Below, one piece after another: positions 24,069 to 37,205 of a stretch of DNA of 64,000 nucleotides. Position 1 is the first letter of the stretch; every line of letters starts with the position of its first letter. Made by a program: the position numbers and the translations under genes. Under the pieces are notes generated by a model. That model was given only the letters and a program-made list of their open reading frames with translations. It did not search any database and was not told where the DNA came from. This DNA comes from Atractiella rhizophila (Eukaryota): assembly GCA_021432655.1 (NCBI GenBank), contig MU271393.1, forward strand, positions 1 to 64,000, read 5' to 3'.

Positions 24069-26414
24069 ATGGCAGAAAAAGACCTTGCACACGACGGGAA
24101 AGAAGTGGATGATAAAGAGTCACTCTCACTCGATGCTGCTCCTCTCGATGTCGAGGCTCTCCCAGAAGAAGATAAGGCACATGGGGCGAAGAAATGGCTT
24201 GGGGATAACAACAATGGGACCGTCAGGGGCATGCATAGCAGACATTTGACGTTCATCGCCATTGGTGGGACTATTGGGTTTGTGCATCTTCCTTCCAATA
24301 TCGTCGACTGAAGATTCATTTACAGGACTGGTATCTTCCTCGTACGTCTTACTTGCAAGGATCATCAGTCCCTGCTGTCTACAGACGAGAAAACGTCGCT
24401 GATCCGAACTGCAGAGTGTCGGTTCGAGCGTGGCCACCGCCGGTCCAGGTGGTGCATTGATCGCCTATTTCATTGTCGGTCTCTTCGTCTATGGTGTCGT
24501 CATGCTCCTGGGGGAGATGTCCTCCTTGATACCAGTCAGTGGCGCTTTCAGCGTATTTGGTTCCCGTTTCGTATCTCCAGCTCTTGGTGCGACGCTGGGA
24601 TGGAACTATGCCATCCAATGGGCTTTTTCGATACCTTCCGAACTGGTGGCCGCCAGCATTATACTGCAATACTGGACGGATAAACTGAAGACTTGGGAAT
24701 GGAGCCTTATCATCGTTATCCCCGTATTTGCCGTGCAGATGATCAATGTGCGAGCCTTTGGAGAAACAGAGTATTGGTTGGCTTTGATTAAAGTCATCCT
24801 TGTAGTAATGTTTATCATGTCAGTTTGTTTTTCTCTCACGAGATTTTTAAGTAAAGACGTTCTGACGTTGTTTTTGGGTCGACGATCAAGAGTGGGACTA
24901 ATCTACGACTGGGGAGGAGTGGTGGGACATCCTGGACCCGGTCTTTCGAACTTCAACGATGGACCCTTCGCGGGAAAGTTTGCAGGACTCGCTCAAAGCT
25001 TTACATTCGCTTTCTAGTGCGTGAAGCTCTCCTTCAATTCGCCATCCTGATCTTTGCGTTGCATGAAATGTTTAGCTCGTTCGGTGGCACAGAACTTGTC
25101 GCTTTGGCAGCTGGTGAAAGCAAAGAACCGCACAAATCGGTTCCCCGAGCAATAAAGGCGACTTTTTTCCGGATCCTCTTGTTTTACATCCTTACAGTGT
25201 TGGTCATCGGACTTTGTATCAACCGGAATGATCCTACTCTCTTCGCTGCTTATGACGACTCGGACGTCGCTGTAAGTTCTGCATTTGGCAAACATGGAGA
25301 CAAGTCTAATGCCAACATTGCGGTTAAGGCCTCTCCAATCACTATCGTCTTCAAACAAGCGGGGTTTGGAGCTGCTGTCCATGTAGTCAATGCTGGCAAG
25401 TCGTTCTTCTGTCTTCTTCAGATCGGTTGTTGAATTGCAGTGTTTGTGGACTGCAGTTCTCCTTACCGCCGTTCTCTCCGCTACAAACTCCTGCTTCTAC
25501 GCAAGCAGTAGGATGTTGCTCAGTCTCGCTCAGGAAAAGAAGGCACCAAAATTGCTCGGCTATACCACCAAACGAGGCGTGCCAGTCGTGGGCTTACTGT
25601 AAGTTGGATACGGCTTCCCCAGAAACACGCCGCTAAAATGATCGTTCTAGTGTCATACTTGCGGTCTCCTTTCTTACGTTTTTAACAACGATATGGGGAG
25701 AAGGCGTAGTCTTGTTAGATATTTCTCGGGAGTAACTGATTTTGTCGGCTGACAGAGCAGTATAGCACCTGGTTCCTAAATGTTACAGGAATGTCAGCAC
25801 TTTTAACCTGGATCAGTATTGCGGTAATCAGCTGTACGATCACTCTTACGGAAGCTGCGTAGAATATTGACCATTTCGCAGTGAGGTTTCATTACGCGTT
25901 CAAATTTCAGGGCAGGGATAAGGACGACCTCCCATTCAGAGTCCCGTTCGGAGCTTCTACACCTCTGGCTCTTCTAGTCATCACCCTCGGGCTTTGCATG
26001 TTTGCTGCCCAGAACTGGGCAGCCACCACTTACGATGTTTGTTTTCAGTCATTCTCTCTCTGATGATTAAATGAAGGAATATTAGGATGGTAAACTCGCG
26101 CAAGATATTATCGCTGTCGACATCGGATGTGAGCTTTGTTTAGGATTTGAAGGGATCCGTGCTAACGTAAAGAAACAGTGGTACTCTTCTTCGGCATTGG
26201 TCTGATATTCGCAATACACCAGAAGATCACCAGACCGGATGAGCCGTTACTTGTGCCGCTTGAAGATTGTGACTTTGAGACACATGCAGTTTGGGGAAAG
26301 GGAGGCGGGAAGGTAATTAGAGAAAATGAAAGAAGACAGAAAGAAGAGGATATTTCAAAGGGCAAAAGGCGGAGATGGTTCCATTGGAGGGAGATCCGAA
26401 AGTCCATTTATTGA
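24069..26414 (+). CDS. Amino-acid permease (APC superfamily, YAT/AAP family), many introns
   Basis: Motifs RHLTFIAIGGTIGTGIF, AGPGGALIAY, LGEM, FVSPALG, FGETEYW, FGGTELVALAAGE and NSCFYASSRML, with multiple hydrophobic helices. Confidence 0.95.
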
Positions 26415-26905
26415 CGCAAATTCAGGTCTGCCTAGTACATATTACAGTAATCTATGTACCAGCATGGATTTTTTCTGTTGCAGCAGCATTTACTGCGGGA
26501 GAGCAAGCTACATTTTTATGCTCACACAGAGGTTGGCTCTGTTATTAGGCATAGATAATGGAGACATTGTGAGCTGTCGTGAGTTACAAACAAAGAAAGA
26601 TAGCATTGCTGCCGTCAGAATCGTTGTCCAACTACCAATGGCATCAGTGACAGTGCCAAAGATGGGGAGATTCTGAGTTTGTAACGAGGAAGTATCACAG
26701 CGCTGGCTGCAGCTCTGCCTGCCTCTAGAGCAAGCAAATGTTTCAGGGGATTCGCGATCATTTACTAACTAAGAATTATCAATTACGACTTGTGATATTG
26801 GATTGAGATTGTCGAATTGAATGTCCCTAGAGCACAGCGAGGGACTCTTGATATATTCTGGTGATCGGATTCAAACATTCTCGAATTTCTCAACAAAACG
26901 TGAAT

Positions 26906-28419
26906 TTACGAAAATGTCACCTTGATGACACGAATGGTGTTGGCTCTCGTGAACGAGATTGTAAGGGTCTTCCCGGACCCATCTACATAGGGGTGAGCGA
27001 CACCAGCATAGACTTGCTCCCCTGAGGCAGGGTTATCAGTGTAGACGGTTATGTCAGCGGACCAGGGACCTTGAGCAGAGTCTGCTGTTCGGATATTGAC
27101 GTTGTTGCCACCTGCCACAAAGTGACCGATCATTGATACCCATCGAAAAATCGGTAAGAAATGCACGTACTTAAGTGAATGAACATGTAGCAGTTGTAGA
27201 AATTGTTCCAGTGGAATTGACCCTGCCCAACTCCCCACATCACTGCGGTCTCAGAGTTGAAAGTCGTCAAGAGATCAGACTTCCATCCAGCAGTTCGTCC
27301 CCACCAGTACTCGTAGGAGGCCAGGTTGAAGGCGTTGGCGGCAGTTACACGGGCCATGTAAGTGTATAAGTTGTCGGGGAATGTCGTCACGGAGTTGGGG
27401 GGATTTCCAAGGATGTAGATATATCCGCTATTGTCTAGACATGCTTTAATGAGCGACTGGAGCGAGAAAGGTTGACCGCACCATCTTTGTAAGCAGCGAT
27501 GTCTCCATAGTGAGCGCTAGTGTTGGCGTTCCACCACCAACCGTTGGTCCCGTATCGCTGAACAACGTTAGGAATACCATTTTGAACCTGGACCCTGGGC
27601 GAAACAAATTCAGGGGCTAGCGTCGTAGTGAGGACAGACAAACCTGCCAACACCAGCACCCTTTAGGCCAGCGTCGTTCGCATTCTGCAGAGCTTGTTCA
27701 GATTTGGAGTGGATGTTTCCTGAAAAGAGACGCACCACGAGGTAGTAGATGGCTCCTGTTGGAATGTCATAACAGTTTCCGAAATGCTAAAGCGAAAAAC
27801 CGTACCTTGACTGGAGGCAGCGTTGGTCTCGCAAAGAGATGTTCCACCGAATCTACCGCACAAGTTCATCTCGAAGAAATGTGTAGATAGATTACAATAC
27901 CCGTAAAGATTTGTTTCTCCCCAGGCAGAGTTGAAAGGAACAAACTGCTTAGGGTGACCACTCCCATCCAGTTGAAGGAAGGTTGCACTCAACCCGTCCA
28001 CAGAGAGGGAAGCGACTGCATCGCGCACCATTCCATGAAACTGTCCGTCATCCTTTACCAAAATCCATCATTAGTCATGAAGAGGGGATGATTATGAATG
28101 ATAAACGAACAAGGTGAGGGTCCGTCACGCCATTCGCACAGAAGAGAGTGTCGCCATAAACAGCATACCACTTGCCGTTAATCTTCCCAGTAAATCCAAG
28201 ATCGCGGTGCGAGCATGGAGCACTAGACTGTTCTCCAAGATACGCTGAAGAGAAGTTGACTATTTTGTTGTTCCCGAACTGTTTATTCCATGACTGCTAA
28301 ATTTTTCATCAGACAATGGACACAAAACTGCATACAGGTTGAGTGTTATCGGCCCGCTTCACCAACTGGATTTGTGCTCCGACAACTGAAAGAAGGAGAG
28401 AGAGGCACAGAGACTGCAT
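26906..28419 (-). CDS. Secreted protein, DUF4185-like (putative glycoside-hydrolase/beta-propeller type), multi-exon
   Basis: Signal peptide MQSLCLSLLLSVVGA and a Kex2-like KR site. Motifs HRDLGFTGKI, WYAVYGDT, FGGTSLCET, YGDIAAY, YEYWWG, TADSAQGPWS and YAGVAHPY. The family name is from memory. Confidence 0.7.
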
Positions 28420-28974
28420 CGATAGAGCGTCCGTAAAGATCCAAGAGATGAAAGCTTGAGAGTGATCTAAAAGTTCAGAATGCCCTTTTGAGGCTTCCAA
28501 TGTGGCAGCACTGAAATCGTAAAGCACGCTGAAAGGAGGAAGAGATCTTGTTCCCGTCGATTGTCCCTGAACCAACGCGGAGCGAAGTTTACGATCCAGA
28601 ATATAAGGTGACACCGTGTGGTAACATGACGGCTTCGGCAGCGGCGGATTGACTTGTATAGTACTGCCTTCCCCTTGGACTGCAGACACATGAAAATGAG
28701 ACTCAGCCGTTCATGACCTGCCCGTCAGCCCCAGATTCCCTGGGGTTAGGTTTGACGGTTCATAGCGGCACTGTTGAGAGTGATAGAGGATGTGATCGAG
28801 AAATGGGAGGCGACACACAAGGCCGTTACATTGCCTGCCGATGGCCGACCCCACAAATGTGTGAGTGCTGCAGGCACAATCGTGAGAACATGAAGACGAC
28901 TTTACATCGAGTGAGTAGTGACGTCGCTGTAACGTGTGGCGCAATATCAGACAAAAACAGCAAAGCTCAAGCTT

Positions 28975-30471
28975 TCAAAAATCCATGTCGTCTTCTTCCC
29001 ATCGACGTACTCTTGCTCCAAACTCTTCGAGCCGTCTTACATAGGTCCTTCCCTTCCCTGTGTTCCTCAAAGAAGCCTCAAGATCTCTACCCAATTGCAC
29101 GTTTTTCAATCCTTTCCACTTCCCTTGTTCTCTCTGCTTCGACAACAGGAAAGCGAGACATGCAGCCAAAATCTCGAAAGGACTCGTCTTAGGTGGGTCG
29201 AAGGAAATAAGTTCTGAATCTTCCCGGATCCAAGCTGCAACGGCGCGGGAGGCAGCTGCCTGATTTGCAAATCCTTTCAATCGAAAGTAGACCTCGTCAA
29301 GACAAAAGGTTTGCACCGGCGTATCGCAAAAGCTGGATAAAAGGCAATGCAATCGCCTCCAATGGCTGGGATCCTCGGAGTCGGTTGGATCATCGTCCAT
29401 CGCTCCATTGCGGATGTACACTTCTCGCAAATGTGGAATGGAGAAGGACGCTGATTTGCGGTGCCTTTCCAGTGGCGAGAACTGAATCGAGTGTGTTATG
29501 CGGATGGACGAAACAGTTGCAGAGCAGAGTGCTATGAGTCCGCGAAGGCGTCCCCAACTTATTCGACCATCGTCCTCGTCCTTGCTATAGAGCACAAGTC
29601 GTTGTATTGGGGGTAGCCTAGTTATGGCTGACAAGGTAGTGATACTGACTAGAATATAGTTGGTACCGAGGCGGAGGGTGTCAAGATAATCTAGCGAGAG
29701 GAGGGCTGTGAAGCACTCTTCACGAAGCGAAAAAGTGTCCACCGTTACGCCAGTGATATTAGCTCTGCATTCCTCCTCCATTTGGAGTAAGCACGAAGAA
29801 ATACGACGTTGATTTCGAAAACCGAAGTCTTCGTATTCAACCCAGAAGCCAACATGAAGACGATTCAGAGCTAGACGAGAAAGTGATAGTAAGGAGAGGA
29901 GTGAGGAAGTACTTCCTTCCTCTTTATTGGACGAGGTGAGAGATGGATGCTGAAGCCTGAAATGAAAATGCAGCTGAGATAAATTCGGCATTATTCCTAG
30001 CATGTCGTGAAGGCACGAATGAATATGTCGAAACCTCCAAAGTACTAAGTTGGCTTCTTGATCCCCAACAAAGTCATCGACCCACGCAAATTCGTCGATG
30101 ACAACATTCACGCTCTGGGTCCTCACAAGGTATCGTCCTGGCAAATTCACTCTGTTTTCCGGCCCCGAATTCTCCAAAGTTGACAAGGTATTCGTAAGGT
30201 AGATACTTTGAAACAGATATGGGGCTGCAAGCTCGCGAAAAGCTCGACAGGTAAGGCTGAGGGAACCGATGGTTTCATGTGCTATTGAATCTGGGATGCG
30301 AACAATATGCCCGAGGACCTCGTGCCCTAACTCTGGAGGCAGGGAGAGAAACCTGAAGGTGAACTCTGGAGCATGGCTATCGTCGCTTAGCCTACTCGAG
30401 TCTGAGTCCGTATGATAGCGAGGGTTTGACCTGAGCGATAGGGATGGTACGGAGGTTGTTAGACACCTCAT
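28975..30471 (-). CDS. F-box-like / leucine-rich protein, apparently intronless
   Basis: About 500-codon ORF with an N-terminal F-box-like motif FLSLPPELGHEVLGHI...LSLTCRAFRELAAPYLF, followed by LxxLxL repeats. Confidence 0.7.
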   Translation of the reverse strand: MRCLTTSVPSLSLRSNPRYHTDSDSSRLSDDSHAPEFTFRFLSLPPELGHEVLGHIVRIPDSIAHETIGSLSLTCRAFRELAAPYLFQSIYLTNTLSTLENSGPENRVNLPGRYLVRTQSVNVVIDEFAWVDDFVGDQEANLVLWRFRHIHSCLHDMLGIMPNLSQLHFHFRLQHPSLTSSNKEEGSTSSLLSLLSLSRLALNRLHVGFWVEYEDFGFRNQRRISSCLLQMEEECRANITGVTVDTFSLREECFTALLSLDYLDTLRLGTNYILVSITTLSAITRLPPIQRLVLYSKDEDDGRISWGRLRGLIALCSATVSSIRITHSIQFSPLERHRKSASFSIPHLREVYIRNGAMDDDPTDSEDPSHWRRLHCLLSSFCDTPVQTFCLDEVYFRLKGFANQAAASRAVAAWIREDSELISFDPPKTSPFEILAACLAFLLSKQREQGKWKGLKNVQLGRDLEASLRNTGKGRTYVRRLEEFGARVRRWEEDDMDF

Positions 30472-31057
30472 TTCAACAAGAAGCAAGCAAGACGCACGCG
30501 TCTGGGATGGAAGCACTCGCACTTGGCCATGAGGGCTTGAAGGTGTTATTGAAGCGATTTATGATTGATTTCAGCATTATTGGGTGATGGTTGAAACCTT
30601 GAAATTTGAAATGTCAATCAATTGATGCCTTGCATAACCGCATAACCTGTGCGTCGCCACCTAAGCAGTTGAAGTTGCGCTTTGCGGCTGCTTTGTAGGG
30701 CTTCGTGCGTAGACAGATATTCATGGTGGAATATAATTGCACTCTTCAGAGACTACAAAAAAAAGCAACAAATTACTGAAGCACTGAAGAGCAACAACTA
30801 TTAACTTGTTCACAGGAAAGCGACGCAAGCGAAGCATCTACATGGTCGAATAGAGGGAGAAATAAAATAGATAGACAATCTTGTAATGAATGAATGCAGC
30901 TGCAGGAACAAAGATAAGAGTACAGAAATCATCTCACTTCCTTTCAGGAAAGACGACAAACTGACGATTGAATTGGAACGACATCGTTTGGATTGGGTAT
31001 GAATGGCTGACGGATGAGTGACGGGTGGCAGGTCCTCCTCTTGTCGTGTGACAATAT

Positions 31058-33470
31058 TTACTGACTTTCCAACTTCTCTTTCTCTGCGCGCATGTACGCG
31101 GGATGCAGAATCGATTCTGCATACGATCCGAACGTGCTCCCATTCGTTCCTTTGCTCAACCATTCAATTCTGAAGTTCAGGACCAAGGGGTCAAAGACGC
31201 ACCAAAAACGATTCTGCCTCTAGCGGCGCCCATCGCCTCCAATATAGTAATCAGGAAGCCTCCCAGCTTGCTACCCCCATCCTGTACATTCGTCCATCCC
31301 GCAATCTCATCCAACTTCAACTCGCTGAACTTGGCAAAATCATCGTAGATGAATAGGCAAGGGAAAGTTGTGAAGAAGAACGAGAGGTTCGGATCCTCAC
31401 GTGGGGAGCGGGCGTCAGTTGCCAGGTATAACGGGATGTTGAACTTTTTCAAGGAAGGATCGGTGTGAAGCGGTGACCCGCACTTAAGGCTTCTACCGTC
31501 CTCCTCTGCCGATGGTATAGAGGCGTCTATAACTGGCGTGATTTCTAGATTATTAAAGACGGTATCCTTGTTGGGTTCCGCCTCGATGAGTTGTCCATCC
31601 ACGAGATCGTCGAATTGTCTCTTTCTCCGGTGGATGAACCGCTTCTTGAGATCGCCACTATGACCCCAATGATACTTCTCCTCCCCATCATCCTCTTCAG
31701 GTTCTCCCTCAAATTCTTCCCAAGACTTCAACATTCCATACTCATCCGACTCCTCTTCCTTGGCCTCGAATAATCCACGCTTACTCAATCCTCCGCCATT
31801 CTTTATCCTGTCCGCCTCCGCAGCGAGCAGCTCTTGCTGTCTTTCCGTCCCAAGCTTCTTCAGCAGTCCCACGACTTTGTAAACGTCTTCGGTCGAAGTA
31901 TCCAATCCGCTATCGAGGTCCATAACTCCTTTCACGACCCGCTTCAACAATCGATCCATATGTTCTTCCACCTTGCTGGCAAAAACGCCGTCTCCAACCC
32001 TGACATGGTCAATGTCAGATAATCAATCACTGGTGGGAAGGACAGTGTACGCACCTAGCCAAGGCACCCACATAAAAATCATATTTCCCATCCGTCGACT
32101 CCTTCGCCAACTCATTCAAGAATCCCGCCATGCGAATCGAGATCTCATCCAAACGCTTCTGCTTAAAGATAAGCTTGCCTCCAAAATATCCCGAACCATG
32201 AGCTGTCGACGTTCGCTCTCGGATGCTGATCCTCGAAGAGCCAAAGAGCGTTCCGAAAAGGATCAGCTTCTCGTCTCTTTGGAGCAGCGTTTTGAGGGAG
32301 ACGACGTGCTGGTACTTGTCCCACATGTGTGAGGCGCCTGGGGGCTTCGCTGTCGCCATTTCGCTCACCAACGGAGCGTCTTCAGGTAGGTGGTCTGAGT
32401 ACAAATAGTCGTAACGGTCGCCATCGCCTAGGATGAGCTGTGGACGGCGCATCAGGGTTACTCTACTAATGTAAATGAGAGAACAGGCTCAATGTAGCCG
32501 AATAAAGTGAAATAAGGTCATGAAAAAGAACAGCAGTCATCGCTTTATCGTGCTCTGCTTCCTCAACTTTGCTTCAAATGCAACTTCACTCGTACAAACA
32601 CCTTCCTGGCAAAAACAAACGTACCTTATCACCCTCTTCGAATCTCCATTCGATCTCTCCCTCCACGCCATTCTCAGTCATTCCCGGCTCTTCACCTCCC
32701 AAACCAAACCACCTGTTACCCAATCCAGCTTCCAACCCATCCTCGACCCCATTAACGTCGACCAAAAAGTCCCACGCGACGAACGTTCCCAGCTTTTCCT
32801 GCTCTCCCTCCCATCCCTTCCCGCCGAACGCAACCTCGTTCCTCACCCTAGCCTCCCACATCTGCTTCATCGTCTCATACTTCGTTCCCCACGGTGCTCC
32901 TGCGCCAACCCAGATCGGAGGGAGTAGAAGGGTCCGGTTGAGGTAGGAAGCGAGGGAAAGGGCGTTGGAGAGCTCGATTCGTTGGTTGTGGAACCCGCTG
33001 TGTGGGAGGTACGAGAGGTATTTTCGATTGGAGGAAGCTGGCTGTGGACGAGGGAGTGGGTGTGTAGAGAATCTTTGTGAAGGATCGGAAATCGCTTCTT
33101 CGGTTTCGAACGAGGAGGTTTCAGAGATGCCGGACGTGGAATCGTCGAGAATAGGACTTCCGAGAATAGCATCTTGGAGCATCTCGTCCCATTCTCCAGC
33201 CTTGCTCTTTTCATCGTTCAAAGCAGGAGAGGAACCCCAGACTTTGCCATACACCCACTCGCCTGCCTTCCTGATTCCCTCCTTCGCTCCCTCCTTCACT
33301 GTTGAAGCTCCGGCATTGAATCCTTCGGGAAGGTTGTCAGATAAGGAAAGGCTGTCGCTTGAGGATACGAGGAGGAGGGTGGTAATGATGAGAAGCGGGG
33401 TGGTGTAGAGGATGAGTTTGCGACGATTTCTGTCCATTCTTTTTGGAGGATTCGGGACGGTCGAGTACAT
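31058..33470 (-). CDS. O-fucosyltransferase-like (O-FucT / Mucor CigA-like) type II membrane glycosyltransferase; one gene joining ORFs 32586-33548, 32027-32452 and 31177-31971 plus a last exon
   Basis: N-terminal transmembrane anchor. Motifs YLSYLPHSGFHNQRIELSNAL, LNRTLLLPP, FGTLFGSSR, AR/VGDGVF, PLYLATD, FPCLF and G/TNGSTFGSYA. Stop TAA at 31058-31060. Confidence 0.8.
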
Positions 33471-35533
33471 AAACGTGATCAATGTCGAATATACCAAGAT
33501 TTCGGAGACAAGCGACAGGGAAGAAAGGAAAAGAGAGTGGGTGTACAAAAGGACCTGCTGCCGATAAAAAAAGAGTCTTGTAAAGAGGGAAAGAGAAACT
33601 CGAAGAGAGACTTGGTGGTTAAAACGTTAAGAGGCAGCAAGTGGCTTGGCCCTTTTCAAATGGAAGCGTAACTGCGGATAACCTATCGACGCCACACGAA
33701 ACAACACGAAGAGACGATCCGCCCTTCCCGACCAACTTTACTCTGTTCACTCCCAGTTGTAGTTGTGGGTTAGCGAAGGTATCTGTTATGAGGTGGCGCT
33801 AGATCTGCCGCTTAAATATATAGCATATAGCAAGTGCAGGGACAGAAATGGTCTCCGAAGGGGAATGAACAGGCAGGTGTGAGAAAAGGTCCGTCATATC
33901 AACATTTATATGGGTCACGGGATCACGGGTTTGTTCTATAGTTCTGTGTTTATTTTGGAGCCATTGAGCCATGAGGAAGGCAATTCGGTACTTGGCTTGG
34001 GAGTTGAGGATGTGCCTTCTGCAACACGAAATGTGCGATATATTCATCCCATCTCGATCTCGAAAGAGTCTGGACTTCCAGCACTGTGCTTGAGCCTTGG
34101 GATCTTGAGAGGAGAGAGAAGAGTTGAGCTACGTATGAAGCCTTCAGCATCTCGTCTCTGCTCATGGCGTGGGGACCGAGGGTGAACGCAACTAGAGGAG
34201 GGAGGAGGAAGGAGGATTGTCCACGTGGGTCTATGATCGCGACCTCGCAGGCCGGGTCAAGCTCAAAATACTTCAGCTCAGTTGTAAAAGTATGAGCTCG
34301 TTGCTGTCATGTTTGCACACGTAAGGCAGCTACGACTGTCGCACGAAGATGATCCCAGCCGTTTCTTTCCATATTGTTTGTATGCTTTCATCGAAGAAGG
34401 AAATACGGAGATTGCAGTTGCGCTCTGAGCTCACCATTTGCATAGAACACTCAAGTTCCTTTTCTCAAGGTTGCTAACCACTGGCAGGCACAACTTTCTA
34501 ACTTTCTTAGTGACCTCTCACTTTGACCTTCAACGACGAGGTACCTTCGGCCAGCAGCTCGAACGATTCCTGAAGGATCATCTTTCCAAAATTGAATATT
34601 GAGAATACAATTCATTCTTTCAAGCAGTCCTCTGGCCAAGACAGTCTGGGCAATTGTGGGTCGATGGTAACGGAATGGCTGCTGCTTTTTCTCAGGCGAG
34701 ACCATTTCCAGATGTCAGGGCACGGATGCTGCCCAAATGATGCCGACGAAGATTGCTCCCAGTTTCCTCACAACAACCATATCCTAACTTTGCACCTCGA
34801 GCCTCCCGAGGCATGAAGATGAGCTTAAATCGAGGTCTGGTTGCGGATGAATGGAGAATGAGCGGGCAGGGCGATAGGTTGTTTCGTTCCCTTCCACCGA
34901 CACAGTCCTGCGGCCATGAGGGGAATATCATGGTCAACGCGACACAAGGTGAATGATCAGTATAGAATACGGAAACGAAAACATTTCAATTCGATATATG
35001 TACTTAATAGGTAGCCAATCCGGAATCTCTTTGAAATTCCCTGCAGCCCATAACTGTAACAAGGACCACCAGCACTGTCACTCACTCCTAACAATCCAAT
35101 AAAAGCCCTAGTCGTGTTCTCACATCACCATGGTACCTATCCCAACTATTCCCATCAGCACATGCAATTGAAGAAAACAAACGTCGCTCACCGAAAAAAA
35201 TAGACTAATAGTTCAACGTATGTACAACGAGTGATTGGAAGTCAGAACAAGAGAAGAGAAAGTGCGCAAATCAAACGTGAATTCAGAAATTGCAAGTAAA
35301 AGCACTTCAATCGGGGTCCAAAGCGTGTCGATTGAAGTTTTGAATTTTGATTTTGAGTTCTGATGCCTTGATGGACGTATGAACGATGAAAAGTCCTATC
35401 ATCGTCGAATATTGAGGTAGTTTATAGGCGATAAAAGGTGGTAGTCGAATATCGGGTAGTGTATGGCGACCTGCGAGTTATGAATGTCGCAGAAATTTAG
35501 AGGTGAAAGGTATGTTCAATCTCGCTCCTCGTT

Positions 35534-37205
35534 TCATCCCCTCTTCGCGTCAAAACTTCTGCCCTACAACAATTCTAAATTTCCCATGACCTGTAAAGAA
35601 GAATGAACTCACAGAGAGTCGGTCAAGGACGATCTGTTCAGCGCTTGTCTCCTTTCTAACCTTCAAATCAACATGAACCTCGCTCTCCTCCTCCTCCATC
35701 ATCTCCTCCTCATCCCGACTCCGCCTCCCGTCCCTTCCCGATCGCGTAGAGATCATCGAGCGCGACTGCTCCCCTCTTCCGCTGGTCCCTGTTCGCGTCC
35801 CTACAGAGTGAGAGCTGTGGCCGCCACCGTTTGTGGGATTGTGAGGGGAATCGGCAGAGAAGGCAGTTGTTCGGAGAGTGTCCCTGGTAGGTGACGTCAC
35901 GCGCTTTATTATTATGACATGCATGGAAGTGAGGGACCTACCGGAAGTTGAGGGTGGCTATGGCGCACAAACTGTAGATGAAAGGCAGCTGGAGGAAGAG
36001 GATGAGATGGTAGTTCGAACGCGTTGCCGCTATCCCATCACATCAGATCCGTCTGTGCAGTGGAAGTGTAGAAAGGAGAAGAGGGAATGGGGACGCACTT
36101 AGTTGTAGGGTTATGGCATCGATGATGGCCCATGCGAAGGAGAGGGCTGCAGACGTCAATGACAGCTTGAGAACTCGCGCGAGCACTTGTTCGGTCCTAT
36201 TATCCACCACGAACCAACCAATTGAGGATAAATTAATATGCTCAAGGAGTAGTTGTGAAGGAGAAAGAATCATACGAGTTGCCTCTGTCCTTCCTCCCTT
36301 TATTTAACTGCAATACCAAACACGTAGTAATGACGAGATCTGTCCCTGCGTTGATCCAGAGCCTGTCCGTCGAAGTGATGTGTTTACCATAGCGACCTGG
36401 GAAGGGTAAAATGACCAACCAAGCTTGGATCAAGCTCCCAACGTGCTTGACGATCGCTGGCGTGCGTCCACTACCAGTGAAAGAGGCACTGGCAAGGCCG
36501 TCGACGATGATTGCTCCTAGGCCACTATTCCGTTCATAACCAGTGGTGTTAGGGAAGTGATGGTCATGAGGAGGAAATTAGGGTGTGAGGGTATGGCAGT
36601 GAGAGGGAGGCTGAAGAAAGGAACTTACACCCCTGCGGAGGCGAAGATGAATAAAGTGAAGATGGAGAGGTAGGTTTTGTTTCGTTCCGAGACCCAATAA
36701 CATCTATTCCCCAACCAAACACGCAGGTCAACATTCATCGTTATTATTGCATACAGCAAGAAAACGAGCAAAAAAGCGGACCTTACAGCGAAGAATATTT
36801 GACTGAGTAAACCAGACGGCCAAGGGGCGCAAAAGACGACGAATTGAATGCCAGGATTATGTTTCAATTTCTCAATGGGAGAATCACGACTGGTGACGAG
36901 ATAATGCCACATGAGGACAATGATGAAAGACCAGGAGACGGAGCATATGAGGGTAAGGAGGGAGACGAGGGCTTTGTACGGGAGGTAGTCAGATCGATAA
37001 TGCAGGAAGTAATAGGCGGATTGGAAGAGCAGAAGGCCGAACATGACGGAGGAGAGGCATCCGCCTGAGAACGTGAGGTTAATCGGGAAGCGGAGAGAGG
37101 AGGTGCAAACCAAGCAGCCAACCACCTGTGAATTATATTATTAGGCGCTCTTGAGAGATTTCAGGAAGAAAACGGACCAATAACTTGTTCTGCTGACAGA
37201 GGCAT
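35534..37205 (-). CDS. DUF6534-like multi-pass (about 6-7 TM) basidiomycete membrane protein, paralogue 1
   Basis: Starts MPLSAEQVIG. Motifs LSSVMFGLLLFQSAYYFLHYRSD, LSQIFFAVR, LWINAGTDLVITTCLVLQL and VLARVLKLSLTSAALS. Ser/Gly-rich tail ending GRSFDAKRG*. Confidence 0.8.

Noticed and set aside
31103..31122. Perfect 20-bp palindrome ATGCAGAATCGATTCTGCAT
   Set aside because: It lies inside the last coding exon of the fucosyltransferase-like gene, occurs once, and has no supporting context.
31177..32452. Separate hypothetical genes at 31177-31971 and 32027-32452
   Set aside because: They are downstream exons of the O-fucosyltransferase-like gene; spliced motifs such as AR/VGDG join them.
33600..35000. 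Several short overlapping ORFs between the glycosyltransferase and the membrane genes
   Set aside because: No recognisable motifs or consistent splice model.
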